64,000 nt of DNA from Eledone cirrhosa (GCA_964016885.1 OZ024743.1:260338001-260402000); one strand, 5' to 3'; positions 1-13,140 are shown, counted from the stretch's first letter. Program-made: numbers and translations. Notes: generated from the sequence alone by a model not told the origin.

Positions 1-497
1 TCAACGACTTCAATATCACGATTGTATTGCTGTATCTTCCTTTTGTATTAAAATGTCCCATAGAAGTCTCACTACCGTGTTTTCTAGAAGTTTCATTTAT
101 ATTTCAACAATATGGCCATAGACAAATCTCTTGCAAAAAATTACAGTGTCTACAAGTTTTGTATTCATTTTGAGCTTACTACAAGCATTCTGACACTACA
201 CATTCTATATGTGGATGAATAATCATATTTATCTATCATTTTCCTGATCCAATATACTTTTGGAGCCTGTTCCTGTACTGTTCAGATCAATTCCTCAGGC
301 TCTTTCTTCAATACTCCTTTCTTTAACTAAACCAACCGTCCTTGTCCTTATGTATTACTTCTTTTTGAGAAACACTGAATGGAGTTTCTTGCCTGCAAAT
401 TTTTTTTTTTACCTGTTTCTCTCTTTTTTTGTTTCATTTGGGCTCTACCAACTTTCTATATAACACTTCTCTTATTACTTCCTAAAAAGAGATCATC

Positions 498-608
498 CTT
501 CTTCTTCTTCTTCTTCTTCTTCTTCTTCTTCTTCTTCTTCTTCTTCTTCTTCTTCTTCTTCTTCTTCTTCTTCTTCTTCTTCTTCTTCTTCTTCTTCTTC
601 TTCTTCTT

Positions 609-638
<30 letters not shown>
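498..638. repeat. (TTC)n microsatellite
   Basis: Pure TTC run; explains the poly-Phe ORF 379..663. Confidence 0.98.
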
Positions 639-641
<3 letters not shown>

Positions 642-1671
642 AACATCAGTACCTTACCACTAATACTACCATCTCTGTAATTACCAAAATTATTATCATT
701 ACCATTACTATCATATAAAACTGTAGAGTAAAGAGTATAAAACCTTGCTTGCTATGCCTTATCATGAGGCCTAATAAACCCGCGAGAGAATTGAAAGAGA
801 ACCGCCATGGCACCTGAGGCATTTAAATGTAAACGAGGACCATCGCTCGTCAGGTTTGACCACATCCAATATTTTGGCCACAGAGAGGAGAGCCTGTGAT
901 ATAGAGATAGAGAGAAAGATAAATAGAGAGAGAAAGAACGAAGGAAAAAGAGTGGATCAACGGACAAAATGTCGAGAGTCGATATTCAATTACGGCTATT
1001 AAATTTCAGAGATAAAATCTTAATTGTGTTGATTTTGCTTTCATTTCTCCAGAGTTGATGCTGCGGTCAGTCTTATTGAAAACTGACCCCAAATTTAGAG
1101 CCATGTCTTTACTTACAAATGCCCATATATTTACATTTACTGATATCTAAAAATACACAATTTATAGAAGTTTAAACTTTGATTCTGTTATAGTTTAAGT
1201 TTATAATTTCTCGGCTGGAAAAAAATTGTAACACATATATTACTTGCTTGCTTTTACTCCTAATGTAGTTGTCAGTGACGCCGTAGTGACATACAGTGTT
1301 TCTTAGACATCTTTTGAATCTAGCAGAGCCCATTCTCTCTCCACGTCTGAACACAGCATATTTGTTCCAGAAAAGGAGTGAAAGTGATATAGGAGAAGAA
1401 TCGACAGCATTACTGGACAGAGACTTTATTTATGGACCTAAAAAAATGCAAGAAAAACCTTGACCGGATTTGAACATAGAGCACACGGAGTCGGGAAGAC
1501 TACCGCAGAGTATTCTATCCGATGTTCTACCAATTCTGCCAATACGCCACCACTACGCATATATTATATAGGGAAAAATACGATATAACTATTATGACTC
1601 ATTTTGCGCATATGGTTTATATTTTTAGCAAATTTATATCTGAATTTATTTATATTTAAATACATATATGT

Positions 1672-1965
<294 letters not shown>

Positions 1966-2092
1966 GAAGTTCTATTTAAATTGTTGGGATACAACAAGCA
2001 AATATTTTTATAACTGATAAAGCACTCAACAAATTATTGGAGTAAAAATACGATATATTAACAAATGGAAACTATATTTATAAAACCATATT

Positions 2093-2157
2093 TATTTCAA
2101 TATACATATTTCAAGGACACCAAGTTAAATTATGGTGTGCTTTCATCAGATAAAATA
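2093..2157 (-). ncRNA. Minimal type I hammerhead ribozyme (inverted copy)
   Basis: Reverse strand reads tattttat-CTGATGA-aagcacacca..tggtgtcctt-GAAA-tatgta-TA-ttgaaata. Confidence 0.75.
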
Positions 2158-2231
2158 TATATATTATGTACTTTAATTATATTATGTACTTTATATTTAT
2201 CTCTCTCTATATATATATAGATAAATATAAA

Positions 2232-3471
2232 GTACATAATATAATTAAAGTACATAATATTTATCTCTCTCTATATATATATATGTATGATGCATGTCTA
2301 CCGGTATGTGTATATATATGTGTGTGTATCTATGTAGGGCTTGTGTGTATATGTATATATACATACAATTCGAATGCACTCTGTTATAAAGGATTTCTTA
2401 CGGTTTATGCTAAACAAACTTATATAATAACAGTCACAACTACATAACAGGTGGATTTATTAGATATAACATTTATAAAATTATAACTTACTATTGAATA
2501 ATATAAGGTTTGTATAATCCTAAATTTCCTTTATTATCTTAACATTTATAACATTTAATATAAGTAAATAACTTAATTTCCTTCACGCTGTTTTGCTATT
2601 ACATAGAAATAATTTTTCTCCGATTTTTTCTCCGATTTTTTCTCCGATTTCTCAGAAAAATCTATGTTTAGAAAAATTCCTATATCTTAAACATAAAAAA
2701 TCTGTTATTGTATGTATATATATGTATGTGTATGTATATATATATATATGTGTGCGTATGTATATATATGAATATATTCTTTTAATAATATATAGTTTTA
2801 ATAATATATAGATTTTAATAATATATAGATCTCAATTTTAATTTATAAATCTCAATAATTTAATTGATAATTTAATTGATAAACTAAACAGTTAATCATA
2901 TTTAAACACTGGATAAAATTCTCCAGTTATTATTACTTATTTATTTTCTATTCACGCTTATTTACTATTCCTAACTCATCCAATAAATATTTATTTTTTC
3001 ACTTCATCTTAAAAGTTACGCTAATACAACCTACCACTTAGGGCTTTCTCTTTCTCTTTCTTCTTCTCTTTCTCTTTCTCTTTCTCTTGTTTTCTTATTT
3101 TCTTCTTATTTTCTTTAGGGTTTGCTCTTTCTTTCTCTTTTTTTTCTCTTTTTCTCTTTTTTTCTCTTTTTCTTTTCTTTCCCTTTTTTCTATACTTCAA
3201 CGGCTTATTTTAAATCTACTGTGATTTAAACATATCCGACACTAATTTGCATAATAGAATAAATAAATTTTAATAACCCCCACTATCCGGGAGCTTCCAA
3301 CAGAAATGGTCGCATTCTTTAAGGGTATGTCAATATTTATTTATAAAACTGATCTATATTATATTTTATCTGATGAAAGCACACCATAATTTAACTTGGT
3401 GTCCTTGAAATATGTATAATCAAATAAATATGGTTTTATAAATATAGTTTCCATTTGTTAATATATCGTAT
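2232..3471 (+). repeat. 5' pseudo-LTR of the Naiad-like element
   Basis: Near-identical to 6320-7711 apart from indels and the SINE in the 3' copy. Confidence 0.92.
3362..3426 (+). ncRNA. Minimal type I hammerhead ribozyme in 5' pLTR
   Basis: tattttat-CTGATGA-stem II (acacca/tggtgt)-GAAA-tatgta-TA-atcaaata; the short self-complementary stem III is typical of PLE HHRs. Confidence 0.85.
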
Positions 3472-3609
3472 TTTTACTCCAATAATTTGTTGAGTGCTTT
3501 ATATCAGTTCTAAAAATATTTGCTTGTTGTATCCCAACAATTTAAATAGAACTTCTACATATATTCTGCTCCTTTATTGTCGAGCGCTTTATATTATAAC
3601 TGAAAAATA

Positions 3610-5847
3610 ATGGAATTCTTTAAGATCTCTTCTTCTCTAAAGGACATACCTATACCTAGGAATAAAGACTTTATTAAACAATTAATAGAAAAATGAGACT
3701 CTTTTATAAGAAGAATCAGGTGGCGTGCTTTCCACTTCGATAAATCTGATGTAAAAGAGAATGTTTCCAATCTTGATAAAATCTTCAAATCTACCCCCCC
3801 CCCCCCCCAACAAACTACTAATGGATTTTGAAAATAAAATCATATCTATCATCCAAAGCATAAAATACAAAAACAACTTCATAGGCCAGGATTACCTAAG
3901 AAATATGAAAAATAATATTGAAAACTTGGAGAAAACGGAAAAAATTCTAGTCAAGTCAGACAAAACCAATAATCTTTACGGAATACAAAAGGACATCTAT
4001 AACGATCTTATATTAAAGGAATTAAGGAAGAAATACAAAATAACAACTAATGAAGACCTTGAAAAATTGAATACAGATGCCTCTTATATAATGCATGAAT
4101 TAGGCATTGAAAATAGGACACAACCCTTCATGCCAAGGAAACCTAAAATTAATATGAAGGACCACAAAAGGAACTTTGAAACTGAATTACCAGTCAGATT
4201 AATTGCACCATCTAAATCGGACCTTGGCATACTTAGCAAGAATATTTTAGACAGAATAATACCACAAATTAAGGAATTATCTTATTTAAAATTCTGGAAA
4301 GGAACTAATGAAGTTATCGAATGGTTTAAGGAAATTAAATATAACTATAATAATAAGTTTATTCAATTGGATATTGCTAATTATTACTCATCCATCACTC
4401 CTAATCTACTTAATAAAGCACTAACATATGCATTTAAACATACAGACTTAACTAGTAATGAAATGCACATTATCTTAACGGCACGGAAAACATTAATTGA
4501 ATTTAACAACCAACTCTGGACTAGAGCAGATAGAAATAATAATTTCGATATCACTATGGGATCATCCGATTCCGCTCAGGTAACGGATTTTGTGGGCCTT
4601 TTTATAAATAATTCTCTACATAGAAAAATACCTGAGATAACCGGAGGTTTATATCGTGACGAAATGCTATTACTTATCGAAAATAATAACTGTGAATTAA
4701 ATAGGAAAAGAAAAGAAATTATACAATTTTTTAATTACCTTAATCTAAAAGTAGAAATAGAGAAAAACCATAAAATAGTTAATTTTCTAGATGTAACCTT
4801 AAACCTTAACACATGTCTTCATTATCCATTTCACAAACTAAACGAGAACTTAAACTACGTTAATTTTAACTCTAATCACCCCAGATCCGTTAAAAATACT
4901 ATAGTGAATTCTGTACAGCAACGCATTTCTAGAATTTCAGCTAATAGGAATATATTTGATGATAAAGCACATTATTACAACGAAGCGTTAGGTCGAGCTG
5001 GATATAGAAATAAAATTAAATACATTGATAATAATAATATAACAACTAACCATAATATTAACAATTTTAACAACTATAATAGAAAACCTTACAATAATTC
5101 GGAAAACAAAAAAAGAAACAGAACTAGGAATATATTATGGTCCGCTCCTCCTTTCTCATTAAATATTAAAACTCCTATTGCTAAACTATTCTTTAAAGCT
5201 CTTGACAAATGCTTCCCTAGAACACATAGATATTACTCAATATTTAATAGACATACTATAAAATTAACTTATTCACCCACCAAAAATTTAGCGCAGAATA
5301 TTAATAGAATTAATAATAGAAATTTAAACCTAACCAAAATACCACTAATAACCCCAGCAATATCCAATTTAGTAATACAGCTCAATTTAATAATACAGCT
5401 CCTAGTGACTTAAATTTTGATAAATGTAACTGTAGAAATAAATCTAACTCTCCGTTAAATAACAATTGTTTAGCTAAAAATATAGTATATAATTGTAATG
5501 TAAAAACTAATTTAAATTCATTTAATTATGTAGCATCTACTTCCTCAGATTTTAAATCTCGTTTTAATAACCATAAATGCTCTTTTACGCATTTAAACAA
5601 AAAATCTTTCACTTCTCTATCTAGCTTATTATGGGATCTTAAATTAAAGAACGTTAAATATTCGTTACTTTGGAATATTATTTCAAAAGCTACTCCATTT
5701 AACTCCTCTTCCGAAAATTGCGATCTTTGTATAGAAGAAATATTCTTTATATTAAAAAGCAAAAATTCCCTGAACGTAAGAAGCAATCTTTTCAGTTGCT
5801 GAAAACATAGATTGAATTCAACGTTTAAATATGAATTTAAAATGTAA
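3610..5847 (+). pseudogene. PLE polyprotein (reverse transcriptase + C-terminal GIY-YIG endonuclease) with two frameshifts and two in-frame TGA codons
   Basis: ATG at 3610 gives MEFFKISSSLKDIPIP...IEK*DSFIRRIRWRAF. Frameshift in the C15 run 3794-3808 into ORF 3761..5413 (LDIANYYSSI, TMGSSDSAQV, LYRDE, VNFLDVTL, SNHP). Second shift near 5330 into CNCRNK..PL...C..KNIVY...YVAST...FKSRFNNH...CDLCIEE...NVRSNLFSC*KHR, stop at 5845-5847. Confidence 0.9.
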
Positions 5848-7065
5848 TATATAACTCATTCTATTAAATATATTGAACCTATCGATAAATCATTAGATTC
5901 CTTCATTTGACTGCTTAAAACTCTCATTATATAAAAACAATTTTTCCTAGAAAATTTTTCTAGATAAACATACTGAAAGCTCTTAAAAGGGGAAAATATT
6001 TTCTTTGAAAGTTTCTCCTATTTTTGAAAGTTTCTCTTTTTGAAAGTTTCTCTTTTTGAAAGTTTCTCTTTCTTTTTCTTTGAAAATTTCTTTGAAAAAT
6101 TAAGTTAAACATACTGAGAGTTAAATATTATATATAAAAAATTTAAATTCATTTTTATACTGAATGTTTAGACATATTCCTATTTTAAAATTATATCTTA
6201 AAATATTTTAAATATTTTTTAAAATTATATTGCTTAAAATTGTATGAATATATTTCCAAATCGTAATTCCTTTTAAAACTATAATTCATTTTTATTTTTT
6301 ATTGTATTTTATATATTATGTACATAATATAATTAAATATATATTTATCTCTCTCTCTCTATATATATATATATATGTATGATGCATGTCTACCGGTATG
6401 TGTATATATATGTGTGTGTATCTATGTAGGGGTTGTGTGTATATGTATATATACATACAATTCGAATGCACTCTGTTATAAAGGATTTCTTACGGTTTAT
6501 GCTAAACAAACTTATATAATAACAGTCACAACTACATAACAGGTGGATTTATTAGATATAAAATTTATAAAATTATAACTTACTATTGAATAATATAAGG
6601 TTTGTATAATCCTAAATTTCCTTTATTATCTTAACATTTATAACATTTAATATAAGTAAATAACTTAATTTCCTTCACGCTGTTTTGCTATTACATAGAA
6701 ATGATTTTTCCCCGATTTTTTCTCCGATTTCTCCGAAAAAACTATAAATTTAGAAAAATTCCTATATCTTAAACATAAAAAATCTTTTATTGTATGTATA
6801 TATATGTATGTGTATGTATATATATATATGTATATGTATATATATATATGTGTGCGTATGTATATATATGAATATATTCTTTTAATAATATATAGATTTT
6901 TTAATAATATATAGTTTTAATAATATATAGATTTTAATAATATATAGGTCTTAATTTTAATGTATAAATCTCAATAATTTAATTGATAATTTAATTGATA
7001 AACTAAACATTTAATCATAGTTAAACACTGGTTAAAATTCTCCAGTTATTATTACTTATTTATTT

Positions 7066-7154
7066 AACTTTGCCTTTCATCCTTACGGGGTCGATAAAAT
7101 AAAGTACCAGTGATACACTGGGTGTTTGCTGGCCTTGTGCCTAACGTAGAAACA
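7066..7154 (+). mobile_element. 5'-truncated SINE nested in the 3' pLTR, with 18-bp TSD
   Basis: gcctttcatccttacggggtcgataaaataaagtaccag core; attattacttatttattt on both sides (7048-7065, 7155-7172); absent from the 5' pLTR. Confidence 0.92.
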
Positions 7155-7601
7155 ATTATTACTTATTTATTTTCTATTCACGCTTATTTACTCTTCCTAA
7201 CTCATCCAATAAATATTTATTTTTTCACTTCATCTTAAAAGTTACGCTAATACAACCTATCACTTAGGGCTTTCTCTTTCTCTTTCTCTTTCTTCTTCTC
7301 TTTCTACTTCTTTTTCTTCTTCTCTTTCTCTTTCCCTTTCTCTTTCTCTTGTTTTCTTATTTTCTTCTCAGGGTTTGCTCTTTTTTCTCTTTTTCTCTTT
7401 TTTTTCTCTTTTTCTTTTCTTTTCCTTTTTTCTATACTTTAACGGCTTATTTTAAATCTACTGTGATTTAAACATATCCGACACTAAGTTGCATAATAGA
7501 CTAAATAAATTTTAATAACCCCACTATCCGGGAGCTTCCAACAGAAATGGTCGCATTCTTTAAGGGTATGTCAATATTTATTTATGAAACTATCTATATT
7601 A

Positions 7602-7666
7602 TATTTTATCTGATGAAAGCACACCATAATTTAACTTGGTGTCCTTGAAATATGTATAATGAAATA
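7602..7666 (+). ncRNA. Minimal type I hammerhead ribozyme in 3' pLTR
   Basis: Same motif as 3362-3426. Confidence 0.85.
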
Positions 7667-7961
7667 AATATGGTTTTATAAATATAGTTTCCATTTGTTA
7701 ATATATCGTATATATAACATTCTTTCATAGTTGGTAATAATGTGGCTAACATCTTCGGTCTTCGTTTTGAACAGCATACATTTATTGTCAACTGATGACT
7801 TCCCTCTGTCTGGAGTGTGCGTGTGCGCGTGTGTGTGCGCGCGCGCGTGTGTATGTGTGTGTGTGTGCGTGTGTGTGTGCGTGTGTGTGTGTGCGTGTGT
7901 CAGTGTATCAGCATGAGTCTTATTAGAAGGCTACAACAATGCAAAAGAGACAATGTTAAAA

Positions 7962-8150
7962 ATAATTGTTTCTACGTTTGGCACAAGGTCAGCAATTATC
8001 CCAGTGCATTACTGGTACTTTATATTGTCGACCCCGTAAGGATGAAAGGCAAAGTTAACCTCGGCGGGATTTGAACTCAGAATGGCAAGGGCCGTAACTC
8101 TATACGTCAAAGCAAAGCGTCCGACCCTCTACCGATACTGCCAATCCAAT
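7962..8150 (-). mobile_element. tRNA-derived SINE (main family)
   Basis: Reverse complement of the SINE at 39957-40143; B box gagttcaaatccc. Confidence 0.9.
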
Positions 8151-8374
8151 AATGTTAAAAAATAATGGTTTCTTATATAGGGACAAGGCCAACAATTTTG
8201 TATATATATATACACACAACTGCAAGGTAACGTACCAACATATTTGGTGTCGATTTAATCGACTTTCCCCTCCCTCAAAATTGTTGGCCTTGTCCCTATA
8301 TAAGAAACCATTATTTTTAACATTATTGGATTGGCAGTATCGGTAGAGGGTCGGACGCCATGCTTTGACGTATA

Positions 8375-9550
8375 TGGGACCTCAAGGATAACAATATTAC
8401 CTATGATCTCACTTGGAGCTTACTGTCCAGAGCCAACTCTTACACGGGAGGACGCCGTCCGTGCAATTTATGCTCGGAGGAAACTTTACAAATGCTGTTT
8501 TCGACGGACCAACTCCTAAACAAGAAAGATGAACTGGTAACTGCATGTAAACACAGATTGCGTAGGACTTACCTCGCCCTCAAATCCCATAATGACCCGG
8601 GGGGGAGGGGAGACAAGGGCTATAACACCCCACTTGCCGACTTTGTAATGGGTAACCCCTGCTTGCAAAGGTAGACGTAAGATCGTCTTCTATATCTTTT
8701 TATCGCTTCCTCTATATTTCCTTCTTCCCCCCACCCCTCCCTAGTCCTTCCACCCCAGTCCTCTTTCTTTGTCGTCGTCCTTTTCACTTTCTCGCCCACC
8801 CGAGGCAGCTCCTCGGTCCTTTGTAGCCTCAGTACCCTCACCCCTTCCCCTATTCTATGATAGAATTGGCCGACTCCGCTTTGTGGTAGACCCCGGATAC
8901 TTGCCTTCTTATCCGATGGCTGCCCCCTTTTCCGTGCTTTCTACATTTCTTAGTGGTATCTTTGCTTTAATTTCTCGTATATCAGTATTTATTTATTTAT
9001 TTATTTATTGGGGGGCTTCTGAATTAATTTTCCGTATCAAATGTTTCATATACTTCGTACGAGCATTTATTTGCACTAGAATTTTTGTATCGTAGCGGCA
9101 CCCTTAGATATAGTATTAGTATTCTTTTTCGGGATTCTGAATTATTATTTCGTATTAGTTTTTTTTTTTTGCACTGGGTGGTTGCTGGCCTTGTGCCTGG
9201 GGTAGAAACCTTTATTTCGTATTAGTCACGGGACTCCTAGTAAACCTTTCTTTAGTCTAGCAGTACCAGTGAGAGACTTGATAGCTGTCCTTAGGTTATA
9301 GTAACCAGAAATTGGTTTTTTTTTATTTTTATAATTAATTGTTTTTTTAACATTCTCGGTATTTTTCTTTATATTTACCCCATATTGTTTTACTTATTGT
9401 TCCGACTTCCTCCCCCTCCCTAGTATACTTCCTTGACCTCCTGCCCAGCTGTAGTTGGCACTATCAACGCACGACTGGGTTTCCTCCACCCCCTCTCCCC
9501 CTTTCTTCTACTGGCAGGTTCAGCTACCCCTTCCCTCCACAAATTGCCAT
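8375..9550 (+). mobile_element. 5'-truncated Naiad-like PLE fragment (GIY-YIG C-terminus plus probable 3' region)
   Basis: 8375-8674 translates WDLKDNNITYDLTWSLLSRANSY...PCNLCSEE...LLNKKDELVTACKHR. The 3' extent is uncertain. Confidence 0.78.
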
Positions 9551-9615
9551 GAACTTTTGAGGGAGGGGAAAGTCGATTAAATCGACACCAAATATGTTGG
9601 TACGTTACCTTGCAG

Positions 9616-9801
<186 letters not shown>

Positions 9802-9811
9802 ATATATATAT

Positions 9812-9860
<49 letters not shown>

Positions 9861-9907
9861 TTGTTGGCCTTGTCCCTATATAAGAAACCATTATTTTTAA
9901 CATTATT

Positions 9908-10095
9908 AGATTGGCAGTATCGGTAGAGGGTCGGACGCCATGCTTTGACGTATAGAGTTACGGCCTTTCCCATTCTGAGTTCAAATCCCGCCGAGGTTAA
10001 CTTTGCTTTTCATCCTTACGGGGCCGATAATATAAAGTACCAGTAATGCACTGGGATAATTGCTGGCCTCTTGCCAAACGTAGAAACAATTATTT
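9908..10095 (+). mobile_element. tRNA-derived SINE (mirror of 7962-8150)
   Basis: ttggcagtatcggtagagggtcggacgcc head, B box, central conserved domain. Confidence 0.9.
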
Positions 10096-10514
10096 TTAAC
10101 ATTGTCTCTTTTGCATTGTTGTAGCCTTCTAATAAGACTCATGCTGATACACTGACACACGCACACACACACACACACACACATACGCGCGCGCGCACAC
10201 TCCAGACAGAGGAAAGTCTTCAGTTGACAATAAATGTATGCTGTGCAAAACGAAGACCGAAGATTTTAGCCACATTATTACCTACTATGAAAGAATGTCT
10301 TCTCGTTACCACCTACCCATGAGACATGATGTGGTAACCAGAATAATCTGAATTACACTAAGGAAGACGAAAATAAAACCAAGTAGAGAAGAATATGTAG
10401 AGTCTAATTGTTCAAAGGAATAATGGTGGAACGTAAAAAGAAAGACTGCCAACGAATTCAAACATAACCGGTCTGATATTGTTGTTTGGGACCATATATT
10501 ATTTATCTGGCTGT

Positions 10515-10686
10515 ATTGGTAGAGGGTCGGACGCCATGCTTTCTAGCATAGTTACGTCCCTTTACGGTCAGAGTTCAAATCCCGCCGAGATTAACTTTGC
10601 CTTTCATCCTTACGGGGTCGATAAAATAAAGTACCAGTAATATACTGGGTAATTGCTGGCCTTGTGCCAAAAGTAGAAACAATTAT
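10515..10686 (+). mobile_element. tRNA-derived SINE
   Basis: Matches the main SINE family. Confidence 0.9.
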
Positions 10687-11865
10687 TTATTTATTTAATT
10701 TATACCTCTGCATTGAGCTAGTAACACATGACAGAGTAAGGGAAGTATCTAGTACTTCTTACAGTTGATAAACAAAAACAAGATAGACAGAAATTAGTGA
10801 ATATAATTTTTTTTTTTAAATGATAAATTTTAAATAAAACCAGTTGATAAGATGCTTTGTCGTGGAAGTCAGGTGCCCGCTCGATGTCTAGGTAATAAGA
10901 AAAATGTAAAAGAAAGAGTCTATCCTCGGACCATTGAGGAGGAGTTTGCAGATCCAAGATACACGCTCAGCTTCATACCTATTATTATTGGAGCTACAAG
11001 ATATATATATACCAACTCGCCTCGATCAAATTATAACGCAACTTGGATTTGTGAAGAAAGAACATAGCTTCTTAATTCATTAGCTATAAATGGCCGAGAT
11101 ATCTGGAAACTTCAGAAACTGTAAAATATCTTTACGCTTCATCGGATGAACGAGGGACAAAGGACGACAAATTTTTCCTTTACTTTATAACCTTGCCATC
11201 ATATAGAATTTTGCATGCTGAACATTTACGCGATGGCCATTTAAATATAACCAGCCAAGTTCACACTATATTCAAATGAGTATTTCCAGTCGATGTTTTC
11301 TATTTGCTATATGCAGATGTGCATTTCCAGCAAATATTCATCACGCAAAATTTTATGTTGACTCTAGTTTATTTCTATTACTGACGAAAGATTAACAGAT
11401 CTGGAAATAGCATTATCTGATATTCTCAAAACACTAGTAACTCTGTGATATATTCATAGAGGTAATATAGAAAAATAAATTTTTTTCGTTACAAAAGTTT
11501 TTTTTCGTTGATAGCGAGGTTACCCATATTTATATTGTATAAAAACGCATGATATATGTTTATATATGTTTCATATACACCTCTGTTATACTTAAACATT
11601 GTCTTAGTGCTACTGCCAACTAAATATGTATGTATGTATTTCTGTGTATGCGTTAGTGTGTGTATGTATCCGTCCGTGTCTCTGATTACGTTTACACCTG
11701 GATGTATTTATATGTCTCGCAACTTAGTGTTTCAAAAAAAAAAAAAAGGAATCGGTAAAATAAGTGCAGGACTTAAAAATATAAGAAACTGTGGTCGAAA
11801 GGATCGACTAAATCAAAGCGGTGCCCCAGCATGACCGCTTTTTGATGACTGGAACTAGCAATAGA

Positions 11866-11901
<36 letters not shown>

Positions 11902-11908
11902 ACGCACA

Positions 11909-12211
<303 letters not shown>

Positions 12212-12276
12212 ATATATATATATTACAAATAAAATAACAGGAGGCTGGACTGGTGTAAATCCTTGAAAAGTTTATT

Positions 12277-12334
12277 ATACTATGATCATTTCAATAACCG
12301 GGTTCCGTATGAATCCGGTGATATCATCAGGTAT
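12277..12334 (-). ncRNA. Minimal hammerhead ribozyme
   Basis: Reverse strand reads atac-CTGATGA-(accggattc/gaacccggt)-GAAA-TGATCA-TA-gtat, with palindromic stem III. Confidence 0.85.
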
Positions 12335-12487
12335 TCGAAGTATAACAAAGGAATATATAAAATCCATGGAGCCGAAAATCAGAAACAGAGAGGACGACTG
12401 ACCAACTAGCTGCTTTTCACCTCGGTCAGTCGCCCTCAAGACCATACGGAATGACCAATTCTATCCGGTGGTGAACCAACAAACCTA

Positions 12488-12534
<47 letters not shown>

Positions 12535-12669
12535 CAAAGAGATATTTAATTTGCTGGTAATTCAACAAATTTATTTATTATAGCACATTCGAAGCACTCT
12601 ACAGATGTTCTTGGAGTATAATATCAATGATAGTAATAAATGGAAACTATATTTATAAAACCATATTTG

Positions 12670-12731
12670 TTATATCAAATATATTTCAAGGGTACCAAAA
12701 AAGGTTTGGTACGCTCTCATCAGATAAAATA
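12670..12731 (-). ncRNA. Hammerhead motif in a Naiad-like pLTR fragment (about 12532-12760)
   Basis: tattttat-CTGATGA-gagcgtaccaaa..tttggtaccctt-GAAA-tatat; the downstream atatggttttataaatatagtttccat is shared with the 3362 HHR flank. Confidence 0.72.
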
Positions 12732-12842
12732 CAAAATTTGTTTTATAAATAGTGACATACCTGATAAATCAGACCTAATCGGTTCAGGTTCCAAATGGAC
12801 TGAGTGCTCTACCACTACGGATATTACCTTCCAGTGTTCTAC

Positions 12843-12884
<42 letters not shown>

Positions 12885-13035
12885 CGACTGTTCTCGGAAC
12901 AGTTACTGTCAACCAATTCCATACACTAGTAAACAGTAGCCTATGGTGCCACGTAGCAGAAATGAACCCAGGATAGGATAATGTCGTTGCCATGCGAAGT
13001 CCTTAGCCACTCAGCCATACCTGTATGTATGTAGG

Positions 13036-13067
<32 letters not shown>

Positions 13068-13140
13068 CATGGCAAATAACTATATGTATCATCTATCCCT
13101 CCTTTTTTTCTCTCTTTCTCGATACGTAAATACTATATAT

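Larger units (their letters stand above)
6320..7711 (+). repeat. 3' pseudo-LTR of the Naiad-like element
   Basis: Direct repeat of 2232-3471. Confidence 0.92.

Noticed and set aside
5826-6900. SECIS candidates at ATGA 5831, 6245 and 6868
   Set aside because: None has a GA correctly opposite the ATGA with an 11-14 bp helix and apical AA. The first also overlaps the ORF end.
7792-7815. CTGANGA matches at about 7792, 16228, 24194 and in the 63870-63985 repeat
   Set aside because: No stem II followed by GAAA and stem III, so these are not hammerheads.
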